A DNA stretch of 64,000 nt from Candidatus Poribacteria bacterium (GTDB lineage: Bacteria; Poribacteria; WGA-4E; WGA-3G), in NCBI GenBank assembly GCA_022821725.1, contig JAJEDB010000018.1:30467-94466 (forward strand), given 5' to 3'. Numbering within the stretch: the first letter of the stretch is position 1; the number at the start of each line of letters is the position of its first letter. The position numbers and the translations under genes are program-made. The notes beneath the pieces are model-generated. The model saw only the letters and a list, made by a program, of their open reading frames with translations, ran no database searches and was not told the origin of the DNA. Below, one piece after another: positions 7,623 to 15,596 of this stretch.

Positions 7623-8678
7623 CTACCAATCCTCATCAAAGAACGGCGTGCTTGGGTAGCTATAGACTCCGCCTTCATAGTTGCGGAGTTGGATTTCGTC
7701 GTCATCAAAGGCGACAACCGGATTAGGAATCAGCGCAATCTTCCCACCGCCACCAGGGGCATCCACGACGTAATGCGGCACACCCAGCCCAGAGATATGC
7801 CCACGCAACGCCGCAACGATGTCTAAGCCTGCTTGGACGGCTGTCCGGAAATGATCCGTCCCGACGACAAGATCCGCTTGATAGATATAGTAGGGCTTAA
7901 CGCGGATACGCAACAATCCTTTCATCAGTTCCACCATCACATCGGGATCGTCATTCACACCTTTCAGGAGCACAGTCTGGTTACCGAGCGGTATACCCGC
8001 ATCGGCTAACATCCCGCACGCCTTCTCGGTTTCCGGTGTAATCTCGCGCGGATGGTTGAAATGGGTGTTGATATAGAACGGGTGATGCCGTTTCAAGATC
8101 GCACACAATTCCGGTGTGATACGTTGCGGCAGCGTTACGGGGACGCGCGAACCGATCCGAATGATTTCCAGATGTTTAATCGCTCGGAGTCCCCCGACGA
8201 TCAGGTCAATCTTTTTATCCGTCAACATGAGCGGGTCGCCACCGGAGATGATGACATCCCGGATCTCTGGATGCGCCTGAATATAAGCAAGTCCTGTCTC
8301 AATGTTATCTTCGGAGATGGAGTGTGGGTCCCCGACTTTCCGTTTCCGAGTGCAGAAACGGCAATAGATGGGACACATGTAATTGACATAGAAAAGTGCC
8401 CGATCGGGGTAGCGATGTGTTACGTTTGGCACTTCGCTATCGTCTTCTTCGTGCAGTGGGTCCTCTACCCCGGTACTTATCAATTCTCTTGGATCAGGAA
8501 CGACCTGTTTCCAAATCGGATCACCGGGTTCTTCTATGAGACTCAGGTAATAAGGATTGATACGGATTGGGAACTCTTTGTGAATCCGCTGCATCTCCGC
8601 TAAGTCAACGTCAAATGCAGCAGCGAGTTTTTCTGGAGTGTTGACAGTATCTCTGACGAGTCGTTTCCATTCTTCCAT
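7623..8678 (-). CDS. KamA-family radical SAM protein (lysine 2,3-aminomutase-like)
   Basis: 351 aa. CPIYCRFCTRKRK (CxxxCxxC cluster), ISGGDPL, and YYIYQADLVVGTDHFR. Confidence 0.9.
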   Translation of the reverse strand: MEEWKRLVRDTVNTPEKLAAAFDVDLAEMQRIHKEFPIRINPYYLSLIEEPGDPIWKQVVPDPRELISTGVEDPLHEEDDSEVPNVTHRYPDRALFYVNYMCPIYCRFCTRKRKVGDPHSISEDNIETGLAYIQAHPEIRDVIISGGDPLMLTDKKIDLIVGGLRAIKHLEIIRIGSRVPVTLPQRITPELCAILKRHHPFYINTHFNHPREITPETEKACGMLADAGIPLGNQTVLLKGVNDDPDVMVELMKGLLRIRVKPYYIYQADLVVGTDHFRTAVQAGLDIVAALRGHISGLGVPHYVVDAPGGGGKIALIPNPVVAFDDDEIQLRNYEGGVYSYPSTPFFDEDW

Positions 8679-8707
8679 ATAGTAAGTCCGTCCTTTCCAA
8701 ATGCATG

Positions 8708-9241
8708 CTACGGTGCGACTGTGTAGTTTTCGATCGTCACGCTGGTCATAACATCCTGTTCACGGAGGGCATCTACCACATCCATGCCTTCAATAACTTT
8801 CCCAAACGTGGTGTAGCTCCCGTTGAGATGCGCATAAGGTGTTGGATCCGAGTTGATGCAGATATAAAATTGGCTTCCCGCGGAGTCAGGGTTCTGGGTC
8901 CGTGCCATCGCAACAACACCCTTTTCATGAACCGGCATCTTGTCGCGAAGTTCTGGATCTTGGAACTCACCCCGGATTGTCCATCCAGGTCCACCTCTCC
9001 CTGTTCCCTCTGGATCCCCGCCTTGGATAACAAAACCCGGGACGTGTCGATGGAAGATCACACCATTGTAGTATCCTGCTTCGATCAATCTCGCAAAATT
9101 CTCTACTGTGGTTGGAGCCGCTTCTGGGTAAAGTTCAATAATGATGTTTCCTTTTTCGGTTTCAATCGTTACATAAGGCAGTTGATTATTATTACATGAA
9201 ATAACTGCCGCGAAAAACGCGCCTAATAGACTAAATCGCAT
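8708..9241 (-). CDS. Cyclophilin-type peptidyl-prolyl cis-trans isomerase, probable lipoprotein
   Basis: FHRHVPGFVIQGGDPEGTGRGGPG and GVVAMARTQNPDSAGSQFYI. N-terminus MRFSLLGAFFAAVISC carries a lipobox. Confidence 0.9.
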   Translation of the reverse strand: MRFSLLGAFFAAVISCNNNQLPYVTIETEKGNIIIELYPEAAPTTVENFARLIEAGYYNGVIFHRHVPGFVIQGGDPEGTGRGGPGWTIRGEFQDPELRDKMPVHEKGVVAMARTQNPDSAGSQFYICINSDPTPYAHLNGSYTTFGKVIEGMDVVDALREQDVMTSVTIENYTVAP

Positions 9242-9419
9242 AATTTGGGTGTGAAAATTTGGGTGTTTTCACGAATTCCTTTTAGAGTTTTATCAAAGAT
9301 TTCCGACGAGCGTCTGCCGGATAGATAGGTTGAGCAGAAACCACGCACGCGTCGAAAGTTGGTATACATTATACACGGATTCGCGCGTGAAGTCAAGGAG
9401 AATTTTAAAGGGGTTCACC

Positions 9420-9448
9420 TTGACACTGCCGGTTGGACATGGTATTCT
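9420..9448 (+). promoter_or_regulatory. Sigma70-like promoter TTGACA-N17-TATTCT
   Basis: Read directly. It lies about 170 nt upstream of the disA-like gene. Confidence 0.4.
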
Positions 9449-9455
9449 ATTAATG

Positions 9456-9482
9456 TAACCCAAGTTGCTACTAACGGGTTTT
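9456..9482 (+). repeat. 27-nt sequence TAACCCAAGTTGCTACTAACGGGTTTT, inverted partner at 30695-30721
   Basis: A 19-nt exact match (TAACCCAAGTTGCTACTAA), and 25 of 27 overall, to the reverse complement of 30695-30721. Confidence 0.85.
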
Positions 9483-9515
9483 GAAGATTTCAAAGAGATC
9501 TTTCAGGGGCTTCCT

Positions 9516-9595
9516 CACCCCAGAGGGGTGATATGTCTATAGAAAACGGCGTATTTAACCCCTGCACTCCAGCGGAGTGCTATGTCTATAGATAA
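9516..9595 (+). repeat. Two units of hairpin + ATATGTCTATAGAAAA family
   Basis: CACCCC-AGA-GGGGTG + ATATGTCTATAGAAAA, then GCACTCC-AGC-GGAGTGC + TATGTCTATAGATAA. Confidence 0.85.
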
Positions 9596-9629
9596 GTGGC
9601 AGCTTAGGTTAATGTAGGAGGTGGTTGCA

Positions 9630-10370
9630 GTGCAAAGCATCTCAACGGAAAATCAAAAAACACGCAAACTCTTTGCGGCACTGAAGTTGCTATCGCCGGG
9701 GACCTGTCTCAGGGAAGGTATGGATTATATCATCCAGAGTAAGACCGGTGGGCTCGTCGTTTTGGGGGATACGCCAGAAATTCTGGATCTGACAGAAGGC
9801 GGCTTCCGAATTAATTGCCCCTATACACCGACAGCCTTATATGAGTTGTCGAAGATGGACGGCGCGATTATCCTTTCTGAAGATATAAAACGCATCGTAC
9901 GTGCGAATGTAACGTTGAGAACCAGCCCGACGATACCCTCTAATGAAACCGGACTCCGCCACCGCTCTGCAGATAAATTCGCAAGACAAACTGAACACAG
10001 TGTCCTCGCCGTATCACGAAGTCGCAATACGCTCACCCTGTATCTCAAAGATCAACGCTATACTTTCCGAGAACGTCCTACACTGCTGGCGGGGGCGAAT
10101 CAAACGATGCTCGTGCTGACGCAGCATCTCAAAGCCCTGCAAAATGCCGTTGCCATTCTGAATTGGGCTGAATTAAGTGGAAACGTCACCTTAACCGAGG
10201 TCGTCTCGGCTATCCAATTGTGTGAGCGCGTTCGCCGCGCTGAGCAGGAATTGGACCGTTACAGGATCGAGTTAGGCACACAGGCGCAATCTCTACAGTC
10301 TGTTATTCCCGAACTCACAACTGAAATTGAGAGTGGACTTCTAATTATAAAAGACTACTATCGTCAGTGA
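9630..10370 (+). CDS. disA: DisA-like diadenylate cyclase (DAC domain plus part of the helical linker; C-terminal HhH region missing)
   Basis: LSPGTCLREGMDYI, LYELSKMDGAIILSEDIKRIVRANV and NETGLRHRSADKFARQT match DisA DAC motifs. I use GTG 9630, which is 9 nt after GGAG; the ORF-track start at 9621 abuts the SD. The protein ends at ..LLIIKDYYRQ, about 95 aa short of canonical DisA. Confidence 0.8.
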   Translation: MQSISTENQKTRKLFAALKLLSPGTCLREGMDYIIQSKTGGLVVLGDTPEILDLTEGGFRINCPYTPTALYELSKMDGAIILSEDIKRIVRANVTLRTSPTIPSNETGLRHRSADKFARQTEHSVLAVSRSRNTLTLYLKDQRYTFRERPTLLAGANQTMLVLTQHLKALQNAVAILNWAELSGNVTLTEVVSAIQLCERVRRAEQELDRYRIELGTQAQSLQSVIPELTTEIESGLLIIKDYYRQ

Positions 10371-10564
10371 CCCAACCCTAAAGGGTTGGGCTTCTGCGAA
10401 GCGCATACCAAGCGTCCACTCCAGAAGTTAAACCATTGACTACCGTAATATATCGCATATCTATGGCGTGGTAGCCCGCACAATGTATCGGATACTCCCC
10501 TCGTCTGATACCGCTTGGATATGTGATCGGGAAGGGGCAATATATACTCGAAAGAGGTTTATGC
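10371..10564 (+). ncRNA. Candidate omega-RNA (HEARO-type) scaffold of the IsrB-like nuclease
   Basis: A 194-nt ORF-free stretch immediately 5' of the nuclease ORF. It begins with the perfect hairpin CCCAACCC-TAAA-GGGTTGGG, then GCTTC-TGC-GAAGC. Position and orientation match where IscB/IsrB omega-RNAs are encoded. No covariance-model search was run. Confidence 0.45.
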
Positions 10565-11587
10565 ATGTTAGTACCAGTCGTAGATAAAAATCAAACCCCT
10601 CTCATGCCTACGAAACCCTCACGGGCAAGGCGTTGGATGCAATCTGGTAAAGCCACACCTTTTTGGAAGAATGGTATTTTCTGTGTCCGCCTCAACATTG
10701 ACCCTTCAGATACCGAACTCCAAGAGATAGCCATAGGTGTAGACCCCGGTAGTAAGAAAGAGGGCTTTACAGTGAAGTCGGAATCTCACACCTATCTCAA
10801 CGTTCAGGCAGATGCCCACAACAAAGTCGGTAAGAAGGTTGAAAAGAGACGAGAACTTCGCAGAGGAAGACGTTCGCGAAAAAGTCCAAATAGAAAGAAC
10901 AGAACGAACCGCCTTGTGAATAAAGAACGCATCCCTGCTGGCACCCGCGCAAGATGGAACTGGAAGCTGCGTATCCTTGAGTGGTTCTCGAAACTCTATC
11001 CGATCACACACGTCTGTGTTGAGGACATCAAAGCGCGGACGAGAGAACGCGCAAGGCGTTGGAATCAGTCGTTTAGTCCTTTGGAAGTCGGTAAGCAGTG
11101 GTTCTACACTGAAATAGAAAGACGTTGGAAACTGCTAACGCTACAAGGCTGGGAAACCAAAGAGATACGCGACAGGCTTGGACTCAAGAAGTCGTCAAAG
11201 AAACTATCAGAGACGTTTGATGCCCATTGTGTGGATAGTTGGTGCTTAGCGTATCATACCGTTGGCGGTTCTGATATACCAGATCATACAGATATATTCT
11301 GTATATCACCAATCCCAATCCGCAGACGTGAACTTCACAGGCAGAACCCACAGAAAGGCGGGAAAAGACCTCGCTACGGTGGCACAACTTGGAATGGGTT
11401 GGTAAAGAATACACTCGTTAGACACGTGAAGCATGGGCTCACCCGTATTAGTGGCTTTGGTAAAATAGGTATCTCACTCTATTCATTAGAGGGAAAACGC
11501 CTGTGTCAAAACGCTAAAACAGACGATTTTAGAGTGCTAACACGCCTGAACTTTAACTATAGAAGCGGGCATTCTTCCCAAGCATAA
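10565..11587 (+). CDS. isrB: IsrB-like OMEGA nuclease (PLMP domain + split RuvC + Arg-rich bridge helix, no HNH insert)
   Basis: 340 aa from ATG 10565, with AGAGG 8 nt upstream. Motifs: NQTPLMPTKPSRARRW; IAIGVDPGSKKEG (RuvC-I); RRELRRGRRSRKSPNRKNRTNR (RRXRR); HVCVEDIKAR (RuvC-II); FDAHCVDSWCLA (RuvC-III). There is no Cys/His HNH block between RuvC-II and RuvC-III. Confidence 0.8.
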   Translation: MLVPVVDKNQTPLMPTKPSRARRWMQSGKATPFWKNGIFCVRLNIDPSDTELQEIAIGVDPGSKKEGFTVKSESHTYLNVQADAHNKVGKKVEKRRELRRGRRSRKSPNRKNRTNRLVNKERIPAGTRARWNWKLRILEWFSKLYPITHVCVEDIKARTRERARRWNQSFSPLEVGKQWFYTEIERRWKLLTLQGWETKEIRDRLGLKKSSKKLSETFDAHCVDSWCLAYHTVGGSDIPDHTDIFCISPIPIRRRELHRQNPQKGGKRPRYGGTTWNGLVKNTLVRHVKHGLTRISGFGKIGISLYSLEGKRLCQNAKTDDFRVLTRLNFNYRSGHSSQA

Positions 11588-11633
11588 ATACTTGGGTTTC
11601 CTGCCCGAAGATCAGATGAAAAGGAGTTAGAAA

Positions 11634-12962
11634 ATGAAACGGTTCATCACTTTAGCACAGAGAGGGAATGTAACACCCAGTGGGATTTTATTCATTGGGA
11701 TGCTTTTTGTTTCCTTCGGTTTAGTCGGATGTGGCGGAAAACTCGGAAAAATAGAACCATCAGCAGTGGATACGGCAATCGCCGACGCAGAGATGGCGCT
11801 CGCGGCCGCAGGAGACGTTGATGCACCGACACTCGCATCGGATCTGTTTGCGGCTGCAGAAACGAACCTTGAAGCTGCAAAAACGGCACGCGACGAGAAA
11901 AAGGGCAACGCTGCCCTCCGCCTCGCGTATCAAGCGATCGCTGATGCCGCGCTGGCTCGAACGAATTCCATGAATGTCACGAAAAACTCGGAATTGAATG
12001 CGTCTATACTCCAGAAAGAGACGGAAGCAGAATCACTTCGCGCGACTGTTAACAGTAAAGCAGAAGAACTCGCAGGACTTCACGCCGAGATGCAAGACAT
12101 TCAGAGCGAGCACACGCAATTGAAACAGACCGTTCGCGCCCTCCAAAAAGAGAATCGTGAGTTAGGTGATACACGGGAAGCCTATGGTGAACAGGTCGCA
12201 CAACTCTCTGACACTTTAGAGGAGATTCAGGGGCGCGCTCGGAGGGCGGAAACGAATATTCGTAACTATGGGAGAGAGGTCGCCGAACTCCGTCGGAAAC
12301 TTGAAGTTGCTGACAGGCGGGTGCAAGAGGAAGGGCATCAGAAACGGGCAGTTATCGCTGAGATAGATTCCCTTAAGAGACAACTCCGCGAACAGGCGGA
12401 AATCTATACCGAGAAACTCGCAGAAGCCAACCAGCAAAATGCGGGTGAAGAGCATGCGGAATATCTCAAACAGAAAGCACAAGAGGCGCGGGCGTATGTT
12501 GACAGCCAACCTCCCGTCCATCCTGTCAAGACAGGGCGTGTTTCCCTCTCCGCAGAACAGATTGCAGCCGGTAAGATGGTGCTTGGTAATTGGGAACGCG
12601 CATGGCATGCGAACGACCTCAATGGACATCTCGCTTATTATGAACCTAATATTATTGCCGATAAAGTCGTGATTCACGAGAGTAAAGAACATCGAAGTAA
12701 AATCGATCTCCAGCAACTCAAGGCAGATCTTCATCAGATGCGCACCCACACGTGGAACAAAGCGAAAGCCGATACCGAAGTCGAAGGAGAAAGCGTTATC
12801 GGTATCCAGCGACTGACCCGGTTGGCGATGCCTGCAGCGGATGAGAACGCGACGGAACTCTACAATATCTGGATCCGCGAAATCTGGATGCATCAAGTGG
12901 GGAACGACTGGAGAATTCATCACGAAATCTGGCAAGTCTATGAAAACGTACCAAATTTTTAA
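11634..12962 (+). CDS. Lipoprotein with long coiled-coil and C-terminal NTF2/SnoaL-like domain (function unknown)
   Basis: Signal peptide and lipobox (FVSFGLVGC). A heptad-rich middle section is followed by a C-terminal W..AW...DL..HLAYY..N module. AAGGAG lies before the ATG. Confidence 0.6.
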   Translation: MKRFITLAQRGNVTPSGILFIGMLFVSFGLVGCGGKLGKIEPSAVDTAIADAEMALAAAGDVDAPTLASDLFAAAETNLEAAKTARDEKKGNAALRLAYQAIADAALARTNSMNVTKNSELNASILQKETEAESLRATVNSKAEELAGLHAEMQDIQSEHTQLKQTVRALQKENRELGDTREAYGEQVAQLSDTLEEIQGRARRAETNIRNYGREVAELRRKLEVADRRVQEEGHQKRAVIAEIDSLKRQLREQAEIYTEKLAEANQQNAGEEHAEYLKQKAQEARAYVDSQPPVHPVKTGRVSLSAEQIAAGKMVLGNWERAWHANDLNGHLAYYEPNIIADKVVIHESKEHRSKIDLQQLKADLHQMRTHTWNKAKADTEVEGESVIGIQRLTRLAMPAADENATELYNIWIREIWMHQVGNDWRIHHEIWQVYENVPNF

Positions 12963-12982
12963 TTTTTTCCGGAGGTTAAATT

Positions 12983-14389
12983 GTGAATAACACGCAAAAC
13001 CGGCAAAACAATCAAAAGAAATTCGCTATATCCCGGAACCTAATGTGGGGAGGGGCGGTTGCAGCGATCGTCATCGCTTTTATTCTATTCCTTGTGATCG
13101 TCATGAGTTCCAGTGAGACCCCCACAGCCTTTTTAGTGAAATGGAAAAGTGCACTCGAATCCGGCGACCCGCAAAGGTATGAAGCACTCTGGGTGAAAAG
13201 TGCACGTCAACGTCCCAATACGGGGTATCAGAGAACCGTGCGGCTCCTGCGGGATAACGTCAATTTTGAAGTTGACCTCGGCGGTGCGAGTCAACCCTAT
13301 CGGGTCCCTCGCTATACGAACCGCTTCCGGATTGAGGGGATTCCGCTCACGGCTTATTATCCGGGCGAAGCGCAACAACAGTTGCGGAATCTTGTTATTG
13401 AAAAGAAAGGTATTATTCAACAGCGGTGGAAAATCGTCCAGGAGGAGGTCGTCGGCAGTGAATTCGCACCTACAGTCTCAACGCCGGGTCCTGCACAAAA
13501 ACCCGAGATTACTGAACAGTCCAACAGTCCTGTGGTCCCGCTCGTGATAGCTTGGAAGACTGCCTTAGAGGTTCAGGATTTAAAGGCATATACTAACTTA
13601 TGGGACAAATCCTCTCGGAAAAAACGCTCCTCCAGTTTCGCACGTGCCAAGGACCTGATGTCGCAAACCCATAGCGTCGATCTCAGTGGAGCCACCTATA
13701 CGCCTGTGCCGCGCTTCAAAAACCGACACATCGTTGATAACATCCAGATAACTTTGCAGAACGGCAGCGATGTTATTGAGACCCATACCCGCACACTCAC
13801 AATTGAGAAAAAGGGGTTTTTCAGACGAAAATGGAAAATCATGAACGATCAAATCAATGTGGTGTCTGATGCGATCGCGCTCGCACCAGAGGTGTCCGGG
13901 GTGGACACTGTCTCTGGCAAGGAATCCGGCGGCACTTTTGATGGGAACGCACCATTGGATACGCACCTCAAAGTGAGACAAGTGTTAGGAAAATGGCAGG
14001 CGGCATGGGAAGACAAGGACCTGAATACCTACATGTCTATCTATTCGGCTAAGGCACAAATTACGCGCGTCAGTGTCAAGGACGGAAGAGAATCTTCGGT
14101 GTATCTTACAAAAGGGCAACTCCGCTCCAAGATGCAGAGACTCAATACGATATATGCTGATATTCAGGTCTCCATCTCGAATTTACAGGTGAATGGAGAT
14201 CGCGCAGTCGCAGATGTGAAGTTTCTACAAAAATTCACTGGCACGCCGGCGAGTGGGAGCCGACCCGCGTACTCCGATTACGGCACTAAAAAACTTAATC
14301 TCATGGTGGATCCAACTGACGGACACTGGCGCATTTACGCCGAGACGTGGAGTCGATACGAGGACGTACCGGATTTTCCCAAAATGTAA
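12983..14389 (+). CDS. Membrane-anchored protein with three NTF2-like repeats (function unknown)
   Basis: GTG start with GGAGG 8 nt upstream and an N-terminal TM helix. Three repeats share W(K/Q).A(L/W)E..D...Y..LW / ..Y. Confidence 0.6.
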   Translation: MNNTQNRQNNQKKFAISRNLMWGGAVAAIVIAFILFLVIVMSSSETPTAFLVKWKSALESGDPQRYEALWVKSARQRPNTGYQRTVRLLRDNVNFEVDLGGASQPYRVPRYTNRFRIEGIPLTAYYPGEAQQQLRNLVIEKKGIIQQRWKIVQEEVVGSEFAPTVSTPGPAQKPEITEQSNSPVVPLVIAWKTALEVQDLKAYTNLWDKSSRKKRSSSFARAKDLMSQTHSVDLSGATYTPVPRFKNRHIVDNIQITLQNGSDVIETHTRTLTIEKKGFFRRKWKIMNDQINVVSDAIALAPEVSGVDTVSGKESGGTFDGNAPLDTHLKVRQVLGKWQAAWEDKDLNTYMSIYSAKAQITRVSVKDGRESSVYLTKGQLRSKMQRLNTIYADIQVSISNLQVNGDRAVADVKFLQKFTGTPASGSRPAYSDYGTKKLNLMVDPTDGHWRIYAETWSRYEDVPDFPKM

Positions 14390-14395
14390 CGGAAG

Positions 14396-14490
14396 GGTTA
14401 TCGGTTTTCGGGTAAGAGTCCTTTGTGGCGGTTGTGTTCGTTCGCAACCGCCCAGACGGCCCACTGATAACCGATAACTCATAACTGATC
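14396..14490. repeat. GGTTATCGG...ACTGATAACCGATAAC interspersed element
   Basis: The termini GGGTTATCGGTTTTCGG and ACTGATAACCGATAACTCATAACTGATCA are inverted relative to each other. Related element at 43494-43636. Confidence 0.6.
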
Positions 14491-14493
14491 ACC

Positions 14494-14901
14494 ATGCACA
14501 CCGAGTACCAAACCAAACGCAAAATTGAGTTTGCTGATACCGATATGGCGGGGATCGTCCATTTTACACGATTTTTTGTCTTTATGGAGACGGCGGAACA
14601 CGAATTTCTTCGGAGTTTAGGGACAAGTGTCGCCACCGAATGGAACGGAGATAAGATCGGATGGCCCCGACTTGCGGCTTCGTGTGAATACTTAAGTCCG
14701 CTCCGATTTGAGGATGAGGTGGACATTCGCCTCAGCGTCATCAAAAAGGGGACGAAATCCCTCACCTACCAATTCCATTTTACACATCAAGGAAAAGACA
14801 TCGCGCGTGGACAGATCACGGCAGTCTGTTGTGTAACGAACCCCGGTGAGAAGCTCCGCACGATCCCTATCCCAGATTTCATCGCTGATCAAATTTTTTA
14901 G
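14494..14901 (+). CDS. Acyl-CoA thioesterase, 4HBT/YbgC-like hotdog fold
   Basis: IEFADTDMAGIVHFTRFFVFMETAEHEFLRSLG is the typical N-terminal catalytic-Asp region. Confidence 0.85.
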   Translation: MHTEYQTKRKIEFADTDMAGIVHFTRFFVFMETAEHEFLRSLGTSVATEWNGDKIGWPRLAASCEYLSPLRFEDEVDIRLSVIKKGTKSLTYQFHFTHQGKDIARGQITAVCCVTNPGEKLRTIPIPDFIADQIF

Positions 14902-14910
14902 GTGAATAAA

Positions 14911-15585
14911 ATGCTGAAAGTCTCCCATATATCTAAACATTATGGGACACTCGAGGTCCTACGGGATATTTCCTTTAGTTTCACGAGTGGCACGTCCGTT
15001 GCCATTACGGGACCTTCTGGCTCCGGCAAAAGCACGCTTCTGCATATCATCGGCACCTTAGAAAAACCTTCTATCGGACAGATCGAGATTAACAACACCG
15101 ATCCATTTACGCTCTCTGAGCCTGAACTGGCGCGATATCGAAATGCTGTCATCGGATTCGTATTTCAAGAACATCATCTGCTTCCACAATATTCTGTGCT
15201 TGAAAATGTCCTTATACCGACACTCGTTTCCGATCGCGGATCTGATGCCACCGAACGGGCATACGAACTCCTCGAACGGGTTGAACTTTCGCATCGAACA
15301 ACACATCGACCCCCTCAGCTTTCGGGCGGAGAACGGCAACGGGTCGCGATCGCTCGCGCACTCATGAATCAACCCGATATTCTTCTCTGCGATGAGCCGA
15401 CCGGAAATTTGGATACTGCTACTTCAGAGACTGTCACTGACCTGCTTTTTGAGCTACACGGCATAGAGCAGAATATACTCATCGTCGTCACGCACAACCT
15501 CGCACTCGTCCCCCGTTTTCAACAACACGTGCAACTTTTAGATGGCACCTTATCGCAAGCCCGTAATGAAATGGAGGGCGGATAG
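14911..15585 (+). CDS. ABC transporter ATP-binding protein (MacB/LolD-like)
   Basis: GPSGSGKSTLL, LSGGERQRVAIARAL and ILLCDEPTGNLD. ATG 14911 is preferred (AGGTG SD); the longest ORF starts at GTG 14902. Confidence 0.9.
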   Translation: MLKVSHISKHYGTLEVLRDISFSFTSGTSVAITGPSGSGKSTLLHIIGTLEKPSIGQIEINNTDPFTLSEPELARYRNAVIGFVFQEHHLLPQYSVLENVLIPTLVSDRGSDATERAYELLERVELSHRTTHRPPQLSGGERQRVAIARALMNQPDILLCDEPTGNLDTATSETVTDLLFELHGIEQNILIVVTHNLALVPRFQQHVQLLDGTLSQARNEMEGG

Positions 15586-15596
15586 GTGGAACGCAA

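Larger units (their letters stand above)
10371..11620 (+). mobile_element. Non-autonomous IS200/IS605-superfamily-like element carrying isrB (no TnpA in window)
   Basis: Inferred from the IsrB/omega-RNA architecture, the abrupt end of disA homology at 10365-10370, and an imperfect hairpin (ACTTGGG-TTTCCTG-CCCGAAG) just after the isrB stop. The exact ends are not defined. Confidence 0.4.

Noticed and set aside
12216-12935. 239-aa minus-strand ORF opposite the coiled-coil lipoprotein gene. Similar long antisense ORFs include 16527..17210, 8052..8603, 45036..45611, 52884..53420, 49086..49568, 63196..63675 and 60566..60961.
   Set aside because: Each is the shadow of a confidently identified gene on the other strand (FtsX permease, KamA, repeat protein, dapA, P-loop protein, TPR/FG-GAP protein, potB) and shows no recognisable domain.
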